DNA of 62,875 bases from Azolla caroliniana (Eukaryota > Plantae > Polypodiophyta). Shown in pieces: positions 35,564 through 47,045 of the stretch; the stretch's first letter is position 1; each line of letters opens with the position of its first letter. The notes under the pieces are model-generated. The model saw nothing but the letters and a program-made list of their open reading frames with translations, had not been told where the DNA came from and did not search any database. The stretch is taken from assembly GCA_043228905.1 (NCBI GenBank), contig JBHGNT010000163.1, forward strand, positions 1 to 62,875. Reading direction: 5' to 3'. Position numbers and translations under genes: made by a program.

Positions 35564-38500
35564 ATGAATGCTCAAATGGGGAGCGCTCTCCCTACCGAGA
35601 AGTTGGATCGAAACAACTTCGCATCTTGGGAGTACAAGATGCACCATAACCTTGTCGGACAAGGCTATTGGAGCTACATCAAAGGAGTGCATGAAGACCG
35701 ACCCACTGAAGCGGCTCCCGGATATGCGACATGGGAGCAAGCCGTAAGCCGCGTGATGTATTGCTTGGCAACATGTGTTCACGATCACATGCTCGGCTAC
35801 ATTCGCGAAGCCAAGACGCCAAAGGAGGCATGGGAAAATCTACGAAAGATTTTCGCGGCGAACACAACCGCAAGAAGGCTTCAACTCCGCCAAGAGTTGA
35901 ACAACATTCAACAAAGGGACATGTCCATTACGACATACACCTCGAAGATCATGGAGCTTTGCGATTCGCTCGACTCAATAAGCGTAAATATCGATGATGA
36001 TGAGATGGCTCAAATATGCCTCCGTGGCCTCGCACCACGGTTCGACGCGATGTGAACCGCCGTTCTAGCACGGGAGAAATCTCCCTCCTTCTTCGAGCTC
36101 CAATCAATGCTTTTGGTCGAAGAAAACCACGTGCGTACAAGGAGCAATGAGTCTGAAGGCCACATGCTCTACACACACTCAAATGGAGGAAGAGGACGCG
36201 GACGATCGAGAGGCTGATTCGGCCAAGGACAAGGCAGACGAGGTCCAACCTACGATAACAACTCCCAATTTCGGCCGCAAAACGGAAGCCAACGAGGAAC
36301 CTTTGCAAGAAGGGGGAGCTTCCACTCTGGCCCGAGCCATCAAAACGCAACCGAATGCGGATATTGCGGAAAGCTGAGCCACTACGAAGAAGAGTGCCGA
36401 AAGAAGATGCGTGAATCAGCTTCCACAAACCGACAGCTCACGAATTACACGCACAATTCCAACTACGAAGAGTATAGCGGAATGTACGGGAACAACTCCG
36501 ACTACAAAGATCGTGGCGGAATGTATGCACGCAACTCCGACCATGGCGGTATGTTCATGATGAAACATAGAGCAAACTCTATGTCGGCCTCTACCTCAAC
36601 TAGTGCCCTCAATCCGGAGGACGTATGGTTTGTTGACTCCGGAGCCTCAAAACATATGACATCCCATAAAGAATGGTTTCTCGAACTTCGAGAGCCGTAT
36701 CAACCCGATTATGTCGAAACCGGAGACGACACTACGCACTCGATTCGACACATCGGCAATGTTTCGTTCGAAAAAGAAGGTAAGCAAAATTACATTAAAA
36801 ATGTCTTGCATGTACCGACCATTACAAAGAATTTGGTCTCTGTCGGCCAAATTGTAGAGCAAGGGATGCAAGTTCCATTTAATCAAGGCGGTTGCTTCAT
36901 CGAAAAAGAGGGCCGACTCATCGCACGCAGACGAAGAGAGGGTTGAACGTTCATTCTCGACTCACACGAGATGAAATCGGCCATGTTTGCAAAGGGAATG
37001 AAAGCCGACTCAGACATAGAGTTATGGCACAAGCAGATTGGCCATATAAATATCCAAAAGATCAAAGCAATGAAATCAAAAGGATTCGTCATCGAACTCC
37101 CATCATTCAAACAGAAGGAGATTAAAGGTGTATGCGAAGCGTGCCAATTCGGCAAGCAACACCAACACCCATTCCCGAAAGAGCGGAACGTGAGCAAAGG
37201 TCTACTTGACGCAGTCCATTCCGACGTATGGGGACCGACGCAGACGACTACATTCGGCGGATGCCGATATTACGTGCTCTTCATCGACGACTTCTCTAGG
37301 CACACTAGGATCTACCCGATTCGGCAAAAGAGCGAAGTGTTCGGACACTTCTAAACAATCAAGAATGAAGTCGAGAAAGCCACGTGCCGACATGTACGTT
37401 GTCTTCGATCGGATGGCGGCAAGGAGTACTTCTTGGACGATTTGACGGTGTCGTGGAGAAAACCGTCCCTAGGCGGAATCAAAGAATATCGGGAGAATCG
37501 GCAGTGTGCACTATGTGCACTTACCCTTGTAAAAACGTGTGAATAATAGGAGTTAAGTCAGGACAGAGGATCCCATGTATAATGGATTTATCCCACATTG
37601 TAACGTATCTCCCTCCTTGTTCTATAAAAGGAAGGGAGCGCCTCTTGTGAAAGGGTTGCCCATTTTGACTTAGGAGGGTATACCACTTAGGTTTAGGGGT
37701 TAGAGGATCCCATGTAAAAGGGATTTATCCCACATTGTAACGCATCTCCCTCCTTGTTCTATAAAAGGAAGGGAGCGCCTCTTGTGAAAGGGTTGCCCAT
37801 TTTGAGTTAGGAGGGTATACCACTTAGGTCTAGGGGTTAGGTAGTGTTCTTCCTCTTCATCTTATTCTTGTTCCCTGAAGGTTTGTACTTTGGTCTTGAC
37901 CCTCTTTCGTTTTAGGGTTTTGTCTTGGTTTCTTCTTATTCTTCTTATTCTTGTTCGTGTCTGTTGAGGGTTTAACCCGACGAAGAGCTTGTATGTTCTG
38001 TGAGGTTTTACTTCTACTCGGCCCCTTGTGCAAGACCCCGCTCGGCGCGATGAGCCCGTGAGCTCCCTGACGACGGCTTGACGGCAGACTGTTGTTGTGA
38101 CCTACCCTACCTCAGTCCGGCTCGGAGCCGGAGATGTAACTCACTCTAGTAATATATATATATATATATATGTTTGGTTGTGCACATCTGTGCCTTTGGT
38201 GGTGTCGGGAGTTTGTCCCCCCTTTGTTTTCTGTACATAAGAGTTGGTGTTGCGCGCAAGCTCTCTCCCTCACTCTCTCTCTCGTGTTCGGTTGCCTCCG
38301 GGACGTGTCCGGAGTCGGTTTCTCGGCACCCCCTTTCTCCCTAGTCCGAGACCCCTGTGGTCCCACCCCTTCTACACGCACACGCGTAACAACACAACAA
38401 CAACATATCTCCGAAAGGAAGGAATTCGGCGAGAATTCACTTGCCGACACACTCCGCAACAAAACGGAGTAGCCGAACTCAAAAATCGGCACATCCTCGA

Positions 38501-40835
38501 AGTAGCGCGGGCCATGATGAACGAGAAGCATATGCCCAAGTCATATTGGGCCGAAGCTGCAAATATGGCCGTCTACCTAATGAACCGGTGCACAACATCT
38601 GGCGTGCACGAGGTCACTCCGCACGAAAAATACTTCGGAAAGAAGCCGAAATTATCGCACACCCGGATATTCGGCGCGATAGCGTACGTGCACATCCCCG
38701 ACGTAAAGCGTCAAAAGCTTGACCCGAAGTCGGAGAAATGTATCCTCGTAGGATACTCATTGGAGCAAAAGGGGTACAAGTGCTACAACCCCTCAACTTG
38801 AAAATCTTGAGTAAGTCGAGACGTCGTTTTTTATGAGTCTGCATCTTGGTACGCAGCAGAGACAACTTCGACTCCGACTCCGCTCGACTCGGAATCCGCT
38901 GAACAAGAGGTAGAGGATGAAGATTGCCTTACACGCATGTTCGAAGAAAGTCCAATCACGAGCCGATTGAGCGGACCACAAGAGCCTTTTAGCGATCAAA
39001 GCACATCACGGCCTAGCCTGAAGATGGACAAAGGCAAGGCGAAAATGTTAGAATACGAAGACGATCGCTTCGACGACAATGAGTCGACTCACTCACTCGA
39101 CAGTGAGTTCGGCGGCTTCGATGTAACAATCGGAACTAAGAACGCCCTCATCTCTGCAAATGAAAAGCTCCGTCGCTCCACCCGTGAAAAGAATCCGATC
39201 AACCAATTCGGCTACAATGACTACATGGCATATCACTATGCCTTAATGATGAAGGTGGCGACAATACGCGAGCCGGAAACATTTTCCGAAGCAACCAAGG
39301 ATCCGCGATGGATAGAAGCCATGAACGAGGAGATCCAGGCACTATGCAAGAATGAGACGTGGGATCTTGTTCCCACTTCACCACACAAAAAGGCAATCGG
39401 ATGCAGATGGATTTACAAAGTGAAGTACAACGCCGATGGTTCCGTCAACTGCTACAAAGCGTGACTCGTAGCGAAAGGCTACACCCAAACGCATGGAGTG
39501 GACTACGAGGAGACCTTTGCCCCAGTGGCAAAGATGACGATGGTACGGACCGTAATTGCGCTTGCCGCGGCGAAAGGGTGGCACCTCCATCAAATGGACG
39601 TTTAGAACGCCTTTCTACAAGGCAAATTAGAAGAGGTGTACATGATACAACCACCCAGCTTCAACTCGAGCACCCATCCGAAAGCTGTATGTCGACTCAA
39701 GAAGCCACTCTACAGCCTCAAGCAAGCACCGCATGCTTGGCATTCGAAGATAACACAATATCTTCATCAAATCGGCTTCCGTATGTCAAAATCGGACAAC
39801 TCCCTCTACATACAAAGCAATTCTGCAAGTCCGATCGTCATCATCTTATATGTGGATGACCTAGTCATTGGAGGTGAGCACCTCATCGAAATCAATAAGG
39901 TCAAATCCCTCCTTTCCGACAAGTTTGAGATGATGGACATGAAGGAGCTCCACTACTTCCTCGGCATCGAGGTAATTCGGACTCCGACCGGAATCCTAAT
40001 CTCTCAACGACACTACATCCTCAACTTGTTATACAAGTTCGGTATGGCTGAGTGCAAATCCGCAACAACCTTGCTCGATCGCAATCTCAAACTAGATGCG
40101 AACTCCGGCACCAAAGCGTGTCAGCCGACTCAGTATCGGCAACTCATCAGGAGTCTCATCTACCTCACGATCACTCGACCCGATCTCAGTTATCCAGTCG
40201 GTCTCCTTAGCCAATTCATGCAAACATCGCGTGATACTCACTTGGATTGCGCTAAGCGAGTTCTACGATACATGAGCGGCACAATGGATTGCGGCATCCT
40301 CTACAAGACCGCGATGCCAACATGACTCGAGGGGTACACAGACACCGATTGGGCCGGCTAAAAAGCCAACAGAAGGTCAACCTCCGTATTTGTTTTCTCC
40401 CTCGGTAGCGGAGCAATATCCTGGAGTAGCAAGAAGCAGCCTATCGTTGCTCTTACGAGTACGGAGGCGGAATACAGGGGCGTAGCCGTAGCTGCGCGTG
40501 AAGCCGTATGGCTCAAGAGGATTTTGAAGGCTCTGGGCGTATCCATCAAGGATCCGACCTCCCTTTACTGCGATAACATGAGCATTATCTATCTGGCTCG
40601 GAACCCGGTGTTCCATGCGCGGACAAAGCACATCGAAGTGCACTATCACTTCATTCGAGAGCGTGTTCTAGCTGGCGATGTCGACCTACAACACATTAGC
40701 ACAAATCTTCAAACGGTCGACATCTTCACTAAAGCCTTAGGAGCCGACAAGCTGTGGCAATTCATGACCGATCTCGGATTGACGATCCCTAACTTGCCAA
40801 GCTTGAAGGGGAATATTGAAGATATTACGCAATAA
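35564..40835 (+). pseudogene. Copia gag-pol polyprotein, interrupted by stops, frameshifts and a nested insertion
   Basis: gag (KLDRNNFASW; zinc knuckle CGYCGK.SHYEEEC), protease WFVDSGAS.HM, GAG-pre-integrase/integrase HSDVWGP, FIDDFSR, TPQQNGVAE, RT LYVDDL, RNase H FHARTKHIEVHYHFIRE. Confidence 0.93.
37449..38399 (+). mobile_element. Nested ~950-bp LTR-like insertion (probable solo LTR of another family) inside the Copia integrase
   Basis: Splits SDGGKEYFLDDL from TYLRKEGIRREF. TG...CA ends and an internal 137-bp tandem duplication (37565-37701/37702-37838), each copy with CTATAAAAGG. No clean TSD, so the borders are approximate. Confidence 0.7.
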
Positions 40836-41073
40836 CGCGTGGATTCCGCAAGCCGCGCACACTACGCAAGAACGCGTGGATTACACAACCACGCAACGAA
40901 GCCGCGAAGAAAGATGCAAGCCGAAGCACAGACTTTGCAACTACGCACAACGAAAGCTGGAGCACGGTTTCCGCAACTCCGCATAAATGCGAGTCGACGC
41001 AGACTCCGGAATGCAAGTCGAAGCGGATTTTGGATACTGTCTGAAACCGACCCGACTTGAGCTTGAGGGGGCG

Positions 41074-41461
41074 TGTTGAGAATCAAGGTCAACTTGGTCT
41101 AGTGTGTGAACTCACCTTAAGAGTGAATAGACACTCCAATGTTCAAGAGTCACCATTAAGTCACCACTTTGTATTCTAGCATTTAGTATGAGTCATAGAA
41201 TCATATTCTATGACACAGAACTTATGAGCTTTCACATTCCCCATGCTCCATGATTCTTGTAGTTAATGAAGAGAGAGGGTGACTATATAAAGCACCCTCC
41301 TCCCACCTTGTATTGAGTTGAGTCTTTCTCCTTTGTTAATACAATCTACCTTGCGTATATTATGTGTGTGTGTGTGTGTCTCTCTCTCTCTCACACACAC
41401 ACACATACGCACATAACACACATCTATTCCGCTACACAAGAATCATACCCGATTCTTTACA
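41074..41461 (+). repeat. Copia 3' LTR
   Basis: Direct repeat of 35031-35404, followed by TSD CATTG. Confidence 0.95.
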
Positions 41462-41799
41462 CATTGTTTAACAAGTTCAAGGACGTGTCTCCCCCCTCTT
41501 GCATTCTTCTAGTGATTTCACTTAGACACTACCTTCTCGATTGGGCAACGAAGCACCAACACATTGGTTCTCCTGATTGGTTATTGTGTTCCTCGACATG
41601 TATTGCTTTCTTGTCAAAAAACCCATACCTACCTTGCATGAATCTAGAGGAGGAAATCATTTCACCCCCCTATCCAAATATTGTGGAAAGGATGATGCCG
41701 AAGCGCACTTCAACACATTCCTCACATCCACGTCTCTACACTTCTAGTCTTTTGATGAGGTGCAAACTGACAAAAGATATATCCCCCACTATGTCATAA

Positions 41800-42677
41800 T
41801 TAAAACCAAACTCCACCTATGGAGGAAACAACCATCGAGGGGGTACATATTGCCAAACCATTTGGTCCTTTCTCTCCACAAATACGAACAAATCCTTCCA
41901 CTTCCCTTTAAAGGATTGTCATTTCAGAAAAATGGTATCTTCATTACCAGTGAAGGAGTCATATTGACCTTTTAAAATTGCAATAAGCATCGACCAAATT
42001 TCCTTCACACAATGAACATGGTATGTCCTTAACTTGCCTTCCCCTAGTTTGAAGGGTAAGTAGTATTTTTTCCTTTTCATAATTATGCTTATCCACATTT
42101 ACATCCATCCAAAAGACATTTCCCCATGTAATCACATTAGGTGCATACACAACATTAATGAGGCGCAACATACATTTCCAAACAGAACATGCAACCATAC
42201 AGTTCCATAAGGCATGTTGCATTGATTCCAAATAAAACCCACAAAAAGGGCATGTTTTGATTCCCACTTCCCTATGCATCCATTCCAAGACTGGAAGTGC
42301 ATAGTGGACACATAACCATCTAAATGTAATGATTTTGCAAGGAATTGCAGAGCCCACAACCATTTCCAAAACGCCAATACTGAATGCATATGAATAGTAT
42401 TACTTAACCCTACCTTAGCTGCAACCAGCATAACTGGATTCCTCCTTCGTTGAAATTCCATAAGGCATGTTGCATTGATTCCAAATGAAACCCACAAAAG
42501 GAGCAAGTTTTGATTCCCACTTCCCTATGCATCCATTCCAAGATAGGGAGTGCATAGTGGACACATAACCATCTAATGTAATGATTTTGTGAGGAATTTG
42601 CAGAGCCCACAACCATTTCCAAAACACCAATACTGAATGCATATAAATACTATTACTTAACCATACCTTAGTTGCAA
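41800..42677 (-). mobile_element. L1-type LINE 3' remnant (zf-RVT) with a ~250-bp internal tandem duplication
   Basis: WKWLW..P.KI..FRWLCVHYALP..W....G...CPFCG..LESMQHALWNC..A..VW across frameshifts; the segment is present twice (~42200-42440 and ~42455-42677). Confidence 0.8.
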
Positions 42678-42786
42678 CTAACAATAAGCAACGGTTTGGT
42701 TTGGTTTGGTTTGAGAGGGTCCAAACCGAACCGGTTTGGAACCGAACTGTTTAACTTTTTTGAAACCTGAACCGAACCACGAAACA
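42678..42786 (+). mobile_element. Left end of the AACCG-type TIR element family
   Basis: taacaataagcaacggttt..gagagggtccaaaccgaac..ttttgaaacctgaaccgaaccacgaaac aligns with 16876-16957. Confidence 0.7.
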
Positions 42787-42791
42787 TGAGC

Positions 42792-43269
42792 ATACAAGTG
42801 GTTCATTGTCTTAATGCATATGGGGTAGTTTTAGAATCACAACCCAAGTAGGAGAATGGAGGGAATGTAAAACTAGGTTGGAAACTTGTTTACTCAAGAG
42901 ATACAAGACCTTGTGAAGCAATGGTTGAAGCTTCGATTGGTGCTACGGTTTTAATACATGAGGCAACTTTTGATGATAGCAAGCCTGTTGAAGTGATCAT
43001 GAAAAATCATAGTACGACAAAAGAAGCAATAGAAATTGCAAAATCGGTTGGAGTGTATTGAGTCATTCTCACACATTTCAGTCAATGTTACCCAAAAAGC
43101 CCTATTTTGAGTGACAAGTTACAACTATACAAGCCATGCTTGTATTGCATTTGATATGATGAGTGTAAACTTGGTGGATTTACCGTTAGTACCAAGGTTA
43201 CTACCTGCCTTCAAAACACTTTTCAAAGATGAAATGTTACTGGATGATGATGTAGAAATGGTAGCTTGA
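42792..43269 (+). pseudogene. tRNase Z long-form (ELAC2/TRZ3-like) C-terminal fragment
   Basis: Translates VVHCLNAYGVVL...GWKLVYSRDTRPC..ATVLIHEATFDD..NHSTTKEAI..VY*VILTHFSQCYPK..CIAFDMMSVNLVDL with premature stops and a frameshift. Not captured by the ORF track. Confidence 0.88.
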
Positions 43270-43411
43270 AATAAAAGCAACCTAGGGTTGAAGAGAATAT
43301 AAGGATATTAAAATGCTCCAAGAAAAGGCGTTCATATGACCAGATTGAATGAGTCCTTTAGAAGAAGATTTGCAAAGTCCTTTATAATGAAGGCAAGTTA
43401 AAGGTCTCCAT

Positions 43412-43630
43412 TTATCACACATGATTCGAGGAGATATGGTACAATGGCCTGCCATGTTATTGGGTTATATTGAGCAGGATAAGAATGAGGATGCTATACA
43501 ACTCTATCCTCGAATGCTTGTGCAAGGTCTCTAACTACTGTGATGACTTTTTCTGGTATGTTGAAAGCATGTGGCAACATGGGAGAATTGGTAGTCATAT
43601 TGAAATCAAATTAGATGTTGAGATGGATTT
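43412..43630 (+). pseudogene. PPR gene fragment
   Basis: DMVQWPAMLLGYIEQDKNEDAIQLYPRMLVQGL*, then after a frameshift TVMTFSGMLKACGNMGEL; matches the PLS-PPR motif consensus. Confidence 0.7.
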
Positions 43631-43949
43631 TAGTAAAATGAAGGATCCATGGCTAGCCATTGGGATAGTCCTTTTTTCTCTTCTTTTCCATCTATTTTGT
43701 AGTTTGTACCTGATAGGTTTTTTGAAAATTAATGGAAGGATATTTTGTTTTGAAAAAAAAAAAAGGCTTCAACATTCCACCTTTAAACTGTGTAAGTTGA
43801 TTTTGTAATTCATGAAGATGTTTAATTTTGATGAAGAACAAACATAGAAACACCAAAAGTAGCCCAAACTTGTTACATATTTATTTGAATACATGCCAGG
43901 TTACACATATGACCACATACATACTCATCTATAGTGTACAAAAATATTC

Positions 43950-44870
43950 ATTTACACTAATTACGACAATACCCCTGTCTTGCTATGTATTTAATCGGAA
44001 TACAATACCTTTCACTTGCTATGCATTTGCTCAGAATACAACACCCTTGACTTGCTATGTATTTACTCATAACACAATACCCTTGAGTTGCTATGTATTT
44101 ACTTAGGATACAATACCCCTGACTTGCGATGTATTTACTCGAAATATCTCTAACTCGCTAGATATTATCCCAAGAGTGAAAGCAAAATCACTAGAATAAC
44201 CCAAACTTGTTGGTGTTTATAAGAATACTCCAAATATTACACAAAATGATCATAATACCCATCATTTGCCTGCAAAGAGTCCGGTTTACACAAACTATAA
44301 GAATACCCTCAAATTCAGTAGTTGATTATTTAGAAGACCCCGAACTCGTTGTATATTTACCAAAATACCCCCAACTACTCGCACAGTACCAAATAAAAAT
44401 AGCCTAAAGGTCACGGAAATTACTAGAATCCTCCTCCGCAAAGAAATATCCTACTCTGAACAAAGCTTGCAAAAATCAATAAATTGAATATCTCTAACTA
44501 CAAGAGCTTACAAATTAGAAGAACATCCCAAACCATAGTATGAACCATACGTGCATTCTCATTCGAGAATGTTTCAACCATTCGAGTATGGTAAACACCC
44601 TCGAGGTATGGTAAATACCATACTTTTTTATTCATTATTTATTATAAGGTTTTTTTTAAAGGTAATAAAGTTAAGGTAAAAAGCGTAATAAAAAAACAGC
44701 ACAAGAATGTTTTGATAACATACGCATTCTGTTTCATTCGTATGAAAAAAGAATGTTTGCCAATGCATTCGAGTATATTACGTACTATGTCCCAAACCAT
44801 GCTTAACAAAATTACCAAGGATGCCCCTATATCTTTTACATGACAGGGGTATTGTTGTAAATAGAGAAAA
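43950..44870. mobile_element. Non-autonomous TIR element (Mutator-like?) with a 36-bp tandem array
   Basis: Imperfect TIR: CTAATTACGACAATACCCCTGTC (~43957-43979) vs GACAGGGGTATTGTTGTAAATAG (~44842-44864). The 36-bp unit ACAATACCC..GACTTGCTATGTATTTACTC occurs x5 (43966-44146), followed by decaying AATACCC copies. No TSD seen. Confidence 0.55.
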
Positions 44871-44903
44871 TTTAGGCATATGCTGTTAAACCCACAGAGA
44901 TGA

Positions 44904-46814
44904 ATGAAGATTGACAGAGACTCTGTACAGAGATTGATGTATACGGTGAAGATATGCAGAGTGATCATCATCAGAGACCTCTGTTACCCTTCACACTCCT
45001 CCTCCTCTCTCCTTCTTCATAGGAACGTCTCAGAATTTGCATTGACGGATCTTGATCTTGCACCTCCAAATGAAGAACAGAGCATTGCAACCCCACTAGG
45101 CCTTGCACCTCTCAGCAGATTAATAAACACGTCTTCTCCTCTCACTTGTTCTGACTATGCATCCTTGCTTCGTCATTGTGGAAGGCACAAGTCCGAACCC
45201 GATGGTAGGTATGCCCATGTTCACATTGTCGAATTCAGCCGCGAACAACTCACATTCTTGGGGAATCTTGTGATTCAAATGTATGGTAAATGTGGAGATT
45301 TGATCGATGCTTACGCTACATTTGAAGGTTTGCTAAAAAAGAATGTGTTCTCATGGAATATCATCATATCTATGTACGTGGATCATGGCCATGGAAGGAA
45401 AGCTATCAGGGTTTTCCAACAAATGTTGAATTATAGCAGTATTAGGCCGCATCAAGCCACTTTTGTTAGTGCTCTATCAGCATGTGCTATGGAAAAGTCT
45501 CTTGTCGAAGGTGAATGGATAAATGAATATGCTGCTTCATGTGGGCTTGAGTTTGATTCTCTTGTTGGTACAGCCCTTGTCAATATGTATGGCAAGTGTG
45601 GTAGCCTTGAAGGTGCAGAAGAAGTTTTCAGTAAATTATTGGAAAAAGATGTGGTCACTTGGTCGGCCATGGTTGCAATGTATGCTCAAAATGGCCTTAC
45701 TAATAAAGCATTTCAAGTTTTCGAACAAATGCAAATAGTTGGAATATCTCCTAATCAAGTCACATATCTTGCCATCATTGATGCTTGTTCAGGCATAGCT
45801 CAGATTGGTACAGCCGCCCGCATACATGCCACATTGGTAAAGAGTAAGTATCAGTATGATTTGATGGTTGGGAATGCGATTATTAACATGTATGGGAAAT
45901 GTGGAAGTTTAGAGAATGCTAGGATCATGTTCGATATCTTGCCAAAGAGAAATGTTGTCTCGTGGAGTTCTTTAATTGGAGTTCTTGCTCAGCTAAACCA
46001 TGCGAAAGATGCACTGGAAGTGTTCTGGAAAATGCATCAAGAAGAGGTTGAACCTGATAGGATTACCTTTATAAACATATTGGATGCATGTGCTAGTTCT
46101 ACAGATTTAGCGAAAGGTAAAGCTGTTCATGTTTATGTCATAGAAAAGGGTTACGAAAACGATGTTATTGCTGGAACTTCCCTTGTCAATCTATATGCTA
46201 AATGCGGTAAATTAGTAGATGCACAATTTATGTTTGAGAGGATGGAAATGAGGAATGTCGTCTCGTGGAATGCAATGATCTCTGGATATGCTCAACATGG
46301 CCAGAGCAAATCAGCACTTGAGATATATCAGAGAATGTGTAAGGATGGTATATTGCCTACTAAAGTTACATTTTTTGCTGTTCTTTCTGCATGTAGTTTT
46401 GCTGGCCTAATGCATGATGCACAAGGATACTTTGATTCAATGGAAAGAGATTATGGACTGATACCAGAAGTTATTCATTATAATTGTATTATCGATCTTC
46501 TTGGAAGAGCAGGAATGCTAGAAGAGGGTGAAAACTTGATTAAGAGGATGCCATGTGAACCTACTCCAGCATCATGGATGACTTTGCTTGGTGCTTGTAG
46601 AGTAAAACATGATGTAGAGAGAGCACAACGTGCAACAGAGAAAGTAGCACAGTTGGATCCACAGAATTCTGCCCCATTTGTGATGTTGTCGAACATCTAT
46701 GCATCATGTGGCATGTGGGATGAGGTCATGAATGTAAGAAAATATATAAAGGAGAGAGATTTGAACTTTGAAGACCCAACCATGACACAACTTGATTGTG
46801 CACGTGAAATTTGA
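44904..46814 (+). CDS. PLS-class pentatricopeptide repeat protein with E domains (organellar RNA editing factor type), 636 aa, intronless
   Basis: Repeated MYGKCG.L..A..F...DVV.W..MI..Y triplets; HYNCIIDLLGRAG; SWMTLLGACRV; FVMLSNIYASCGMW. No intact DYW domain. Confidence 0.95.
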   Translation: MKIDRDSVQRLMYTVKICRVIIIRDLCYPSHSSSSLLLHRNVSEFALTDLDLAPPNEEQSIATPLGLAPLSRLINTSSPLTCSDYASLLRHCGRHKSEPDGRYAHVHIVEFSREQLTFLGNLVIQMYGKCGDLIDAYATFEGLLKKNVFSWNIIISMYVDHGHGRKAIRVFQQMLNYSSIRPHQATFVSALSACAMEKSLVEGEWINEYAASCGLEFDSLVGTALVNMYGKCGSLEGAEEVFSKLLEKDVVTWSAMVAMYAQNGLTNKAFQVFEQMQIVGISPNQVTYLAIIDACSGIAQIGTAARIHATLVKSKYQYDLMVGNAIINMYGKCGSLENARIMFDILPKRNVVSWSSLIGVLAQLNHAKDALEVFWKMHQEEVEPDRITFINILDACASSTDLAKGKAVHVYVIEKGYENDVIAGTSLVNLYAKCGKLVDAQFMFERMEMRNVVSWNAMISGYAQHGQSKSALEIYQRMCKDGILPTKVTFFAVLSACSFAGLMHDAQGYFDSMERDYGLIPEVIHYNCIIDLLGRAGMLEEGENLIKRMPCEPTPASWMTLLGACRVKHDVERAQRATEKVAQLDPQNSAPFVMLSNIYASCGMWDEVMNVRKYIKERDLNFEDPTMTQLDCAREI

Positions 46815-46924
46815 GCTAAAGATTAACCACTACTATATTGGAGATGGAGATACAAGAAAATCTACTCTTAACTCAGGGCTTAGAGGCTGATCAAGTAAGG
46901 GCATGATAAAGAAGAAGAAGAAGA

Positions 46925-47045
46925 AGCATGGTATGAGTACTCTTAAAAGTTTGCACTCTTAGATGTGGGTGAAGGGGCAAAAAAAGAGTACTTAATTGTG
47001 TTACCACAGCGAAGAAATATATTGCTTATGGATTGGTAAATCTGT
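46925..47045 (+). pseudogene. Degenerate DYW-domain remnant downstream of the PPR stop codon
   Basis: Across frameshifts: LDVGEGAKKEYL / CYHSEE / IAYGLV, compared with the DYW consensus L.DV.EE.KE..L..HSEKLAIAYGL. Confidence 0.6.

Larger units (their letters stand above)
35031..41461 (+). mobile_element. Full-length Ty1/Copia LTR retrotransposon (degenerate)
   Basis: 5' LTR 35031-35404 and 3' LTR 41074-41461 (TG...CA), TSD CATTG on both sides, PBS TGGTATCAGAGC 35405-35416 (tRNA-iMet), PPT TTGAGGGGGCG before the 3' LTR. Domain order gag-PR-INT-RT-RNaseH. Confidence 0.97.

Noticed and set aside
16414-37838. Two tandem duplications with the same 137-bp period (16414-16690 and 37565-37838)
   Set aside because: The two units share no sequence similarity; most likely coincidence.
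37960-38090. Possible hammerhead ribozyme cores (CTGTTGA-GGGT..ACCC-GA; CTGACGA) suggesting a retrozyme
   Set aside because: The required CUGANGA...GAAA core and closing stems are not both present. An Infernal search with Rfam hammerhead models would settle it.
43966-44146. 36-bp repeats (and the ~31-bp repeats at 29791 and 8436) resembling a CRISPR array
   Set aside because: The units are contiguous with no unique spacers, there are no cas genes, and the context is eukaryotic; they are minisatellites.
18107-46814. Apparent RNA-processing cluster (PHF5A, mCSF, tRNase Z fragment, PPR)
   Set aside because: The genes act in different compartments, are widely spaced, and PPR genes are very abundant; there is no evidence of functional clustering.
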